Source of the DNA: a virus
DNA length: 64,000 nucleotides
Virus record (IMG/VR): IMGVR_UViG_3300020198_000009
Location: 16,430-80,429 of that record
Strand: one strand, 5' to 3'
Of the stretch, positions 63,223-64,000 are shown one piece after another. Numbering within the stretch: position 1 is the stretch's first letter; each line of letters begins with the position of its first letter. The notes below the pieces were generated by a model. That model was not told the DNA's origin. It worked only from the letters and a program-made list of their open reading frames with translations, and ran no database searches. Made by a program: the position numbers and the translations under genes.

Positions 63223-63953
63223 TAGCGGCCCGGGTATCCGTGCCGGCAACGCTCAACTACCGCGCCATGGAGCGGGCGGCCAACGAGGTGGCCAAGATCC
63301 ACTTCGGCCAACCCTTCCGGCGCGCCGACCAGAAACTGCACTGCACCACCGGCGCCCAGTACGTCCTGTCGCGGGGTGGGGTGCGGATCGAGCAGGGAGA
63401 ATCGCTCTCGCCGTTGCATCCGCGATTCATGCATCCGCGATTCAAGGAGAAGTTCCGCGGCCGCCTGCGCGCCCACCAGCTCGGCCCTGACGACCCCAAC
63501 CTCAAGGGCATCCGCTTCACGCCGATCTCGTCGGTTGAACATGCGCCGGTCCAGGGCCGGGATCTCTACGTCTACACGAAGATGCGTCAGCTCGATGGCG
63601 GCATCGGCGAGCACATCGCGGCGATGCTCTGGCACCGGGGCGAACCACATGTGTTCGAGCCATTCCCTATCCGGCCCAAGGGTCCCGAGCGACCGCTTGG
63701 CACCAACTTGATCCCCTATGCCGACTATATCGCCGAGCATCTACGGCCGGAGGCCGGCTCAGAGCCGCGCGTGCTGAGCCTGCAACTAGGGGGGCTGGCG
63801 ACGGATGCGATCAAGAAAGCGGGACTGCTGCGAGCGCGTTACCTCGCCGGTCAAATGCCGAAGGATTTCGGCGAAGTCCTTTATCGTTTCCTTCGCGCCA
63901 AGGGGCGGCAGGTATTGATGGAGCGAAACGCTACGAAATCGGTTGCGCTTTGA
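63192..63953 (+). CDS. MTPY-leader cargo protein, unknown function
   Basis: MTPYELYMKKVAA; flanked by direct repeats. Confidence 0.65.
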   Translation: MTPYELYMKKVAARVSVPATLNYRAMERAANEVAKIHFGQPFRRADQKLHCTTGAQYVLSRGGVRIEQGESLSPLHPRFMHPRFKEKFRGRLRAHQLGPDDPNLKGIRFTPISSVEHAPVQGRDLYVYTKMRQLDGGIGEHIAAMLWHRGEPHVFEPFPIRPKGPERPLGTNLIPYADYIAEHLRPEAGSEPRVLSLQLGGLATDAIKKAGLLRARYLAGQMPKDFGEVLYRFLRAKGRQVLMERNATKSVAL

Positions 63954-64000
63954 AAGGGAGGCTCAAGCCATGACTCCCTACGAGCTGTACATGAAAAAGG
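63903..64000 (+). repeat. Direct repeat, copy 2 (runs off the window end)
   Basis: 778-bp offset from copy 1; 2 mismatches. Confidence 0.95.
63970..64000 (+). CDS. Next MTPY-leader gene (3'-truncated by the window)
   Basis: ATG ACT CCC TAC GAG CTG TAC ATG AAA AAG = MTPYELYMKK; GGAGG SD. Confidence 0.6.
   Translation, partial: MTPYELYMKK

Noticed and set aside
63125-64000. Direct repeat as a CRISPR repeat or prophage att site
   Set aside because: Too long for CRISPR, contains an RBS and coding sequence, and no integrase or tRNA is nearby
1-64000. Alternative genetic code, tRNA genes, DGR
   Set aside because: Genes read through normally with standard stops (TAG, TGA and TAA all used); no tRNA-like sequence or reverse transcriptase recognised

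Overview
High-GC (roughly two-thirds G+C by eye) segment of a large tailed myovirus-type (probably jumbo) bacteriophage genome; no cellular housekeeping genes, rRNA, tRNA or CRISPR were seen. About 1-38 kb is the morphogenesis region: baseplate/tail proteins, portal, tail sheath, two tail-tube paralogs, neck proteins, major capsid protein, prohead protease, scaffold-like head proteins, an intein-containing terminase and a GH73 muramidase. The phage also encodes its own transcription apparatus: a fused beta/beta'-N-terminal RNA polymerase chain, a separate beta' C-terminal chain, and a sigma70-like factor. The most striking unexplained structure is a family of at least 11 otherwise unrelated proteins that start with (or internally contain) a shared leader, M-[TSN]-P-Y-x-x-Y-[ML]...K-x-A, plus two MDPYTAYQ variants. 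The same K-x-A tripeptide sits at domain boundaries of modular polyproteins that carry ADP-ribosyltransferase-like, kinase, ATP-grasp, SNF2 and NDT-like domains. My inference is a capsid-targeting and protease-release system for loading diverse effector cargo into the virion, with a 98-bp direct repeat at the window end suggesting cassette-wise expansion. Two recurrent DNA motifs were also found: YCTATAATYY before structural genes, and a TGGT-N3-ACCA operator-like palindrome at 12 positions, mostly next to promoters. The phage also carries a REC-GGDEF diguanylate cyclase. All product calls come from motif recognition by eye; no database searches were run.
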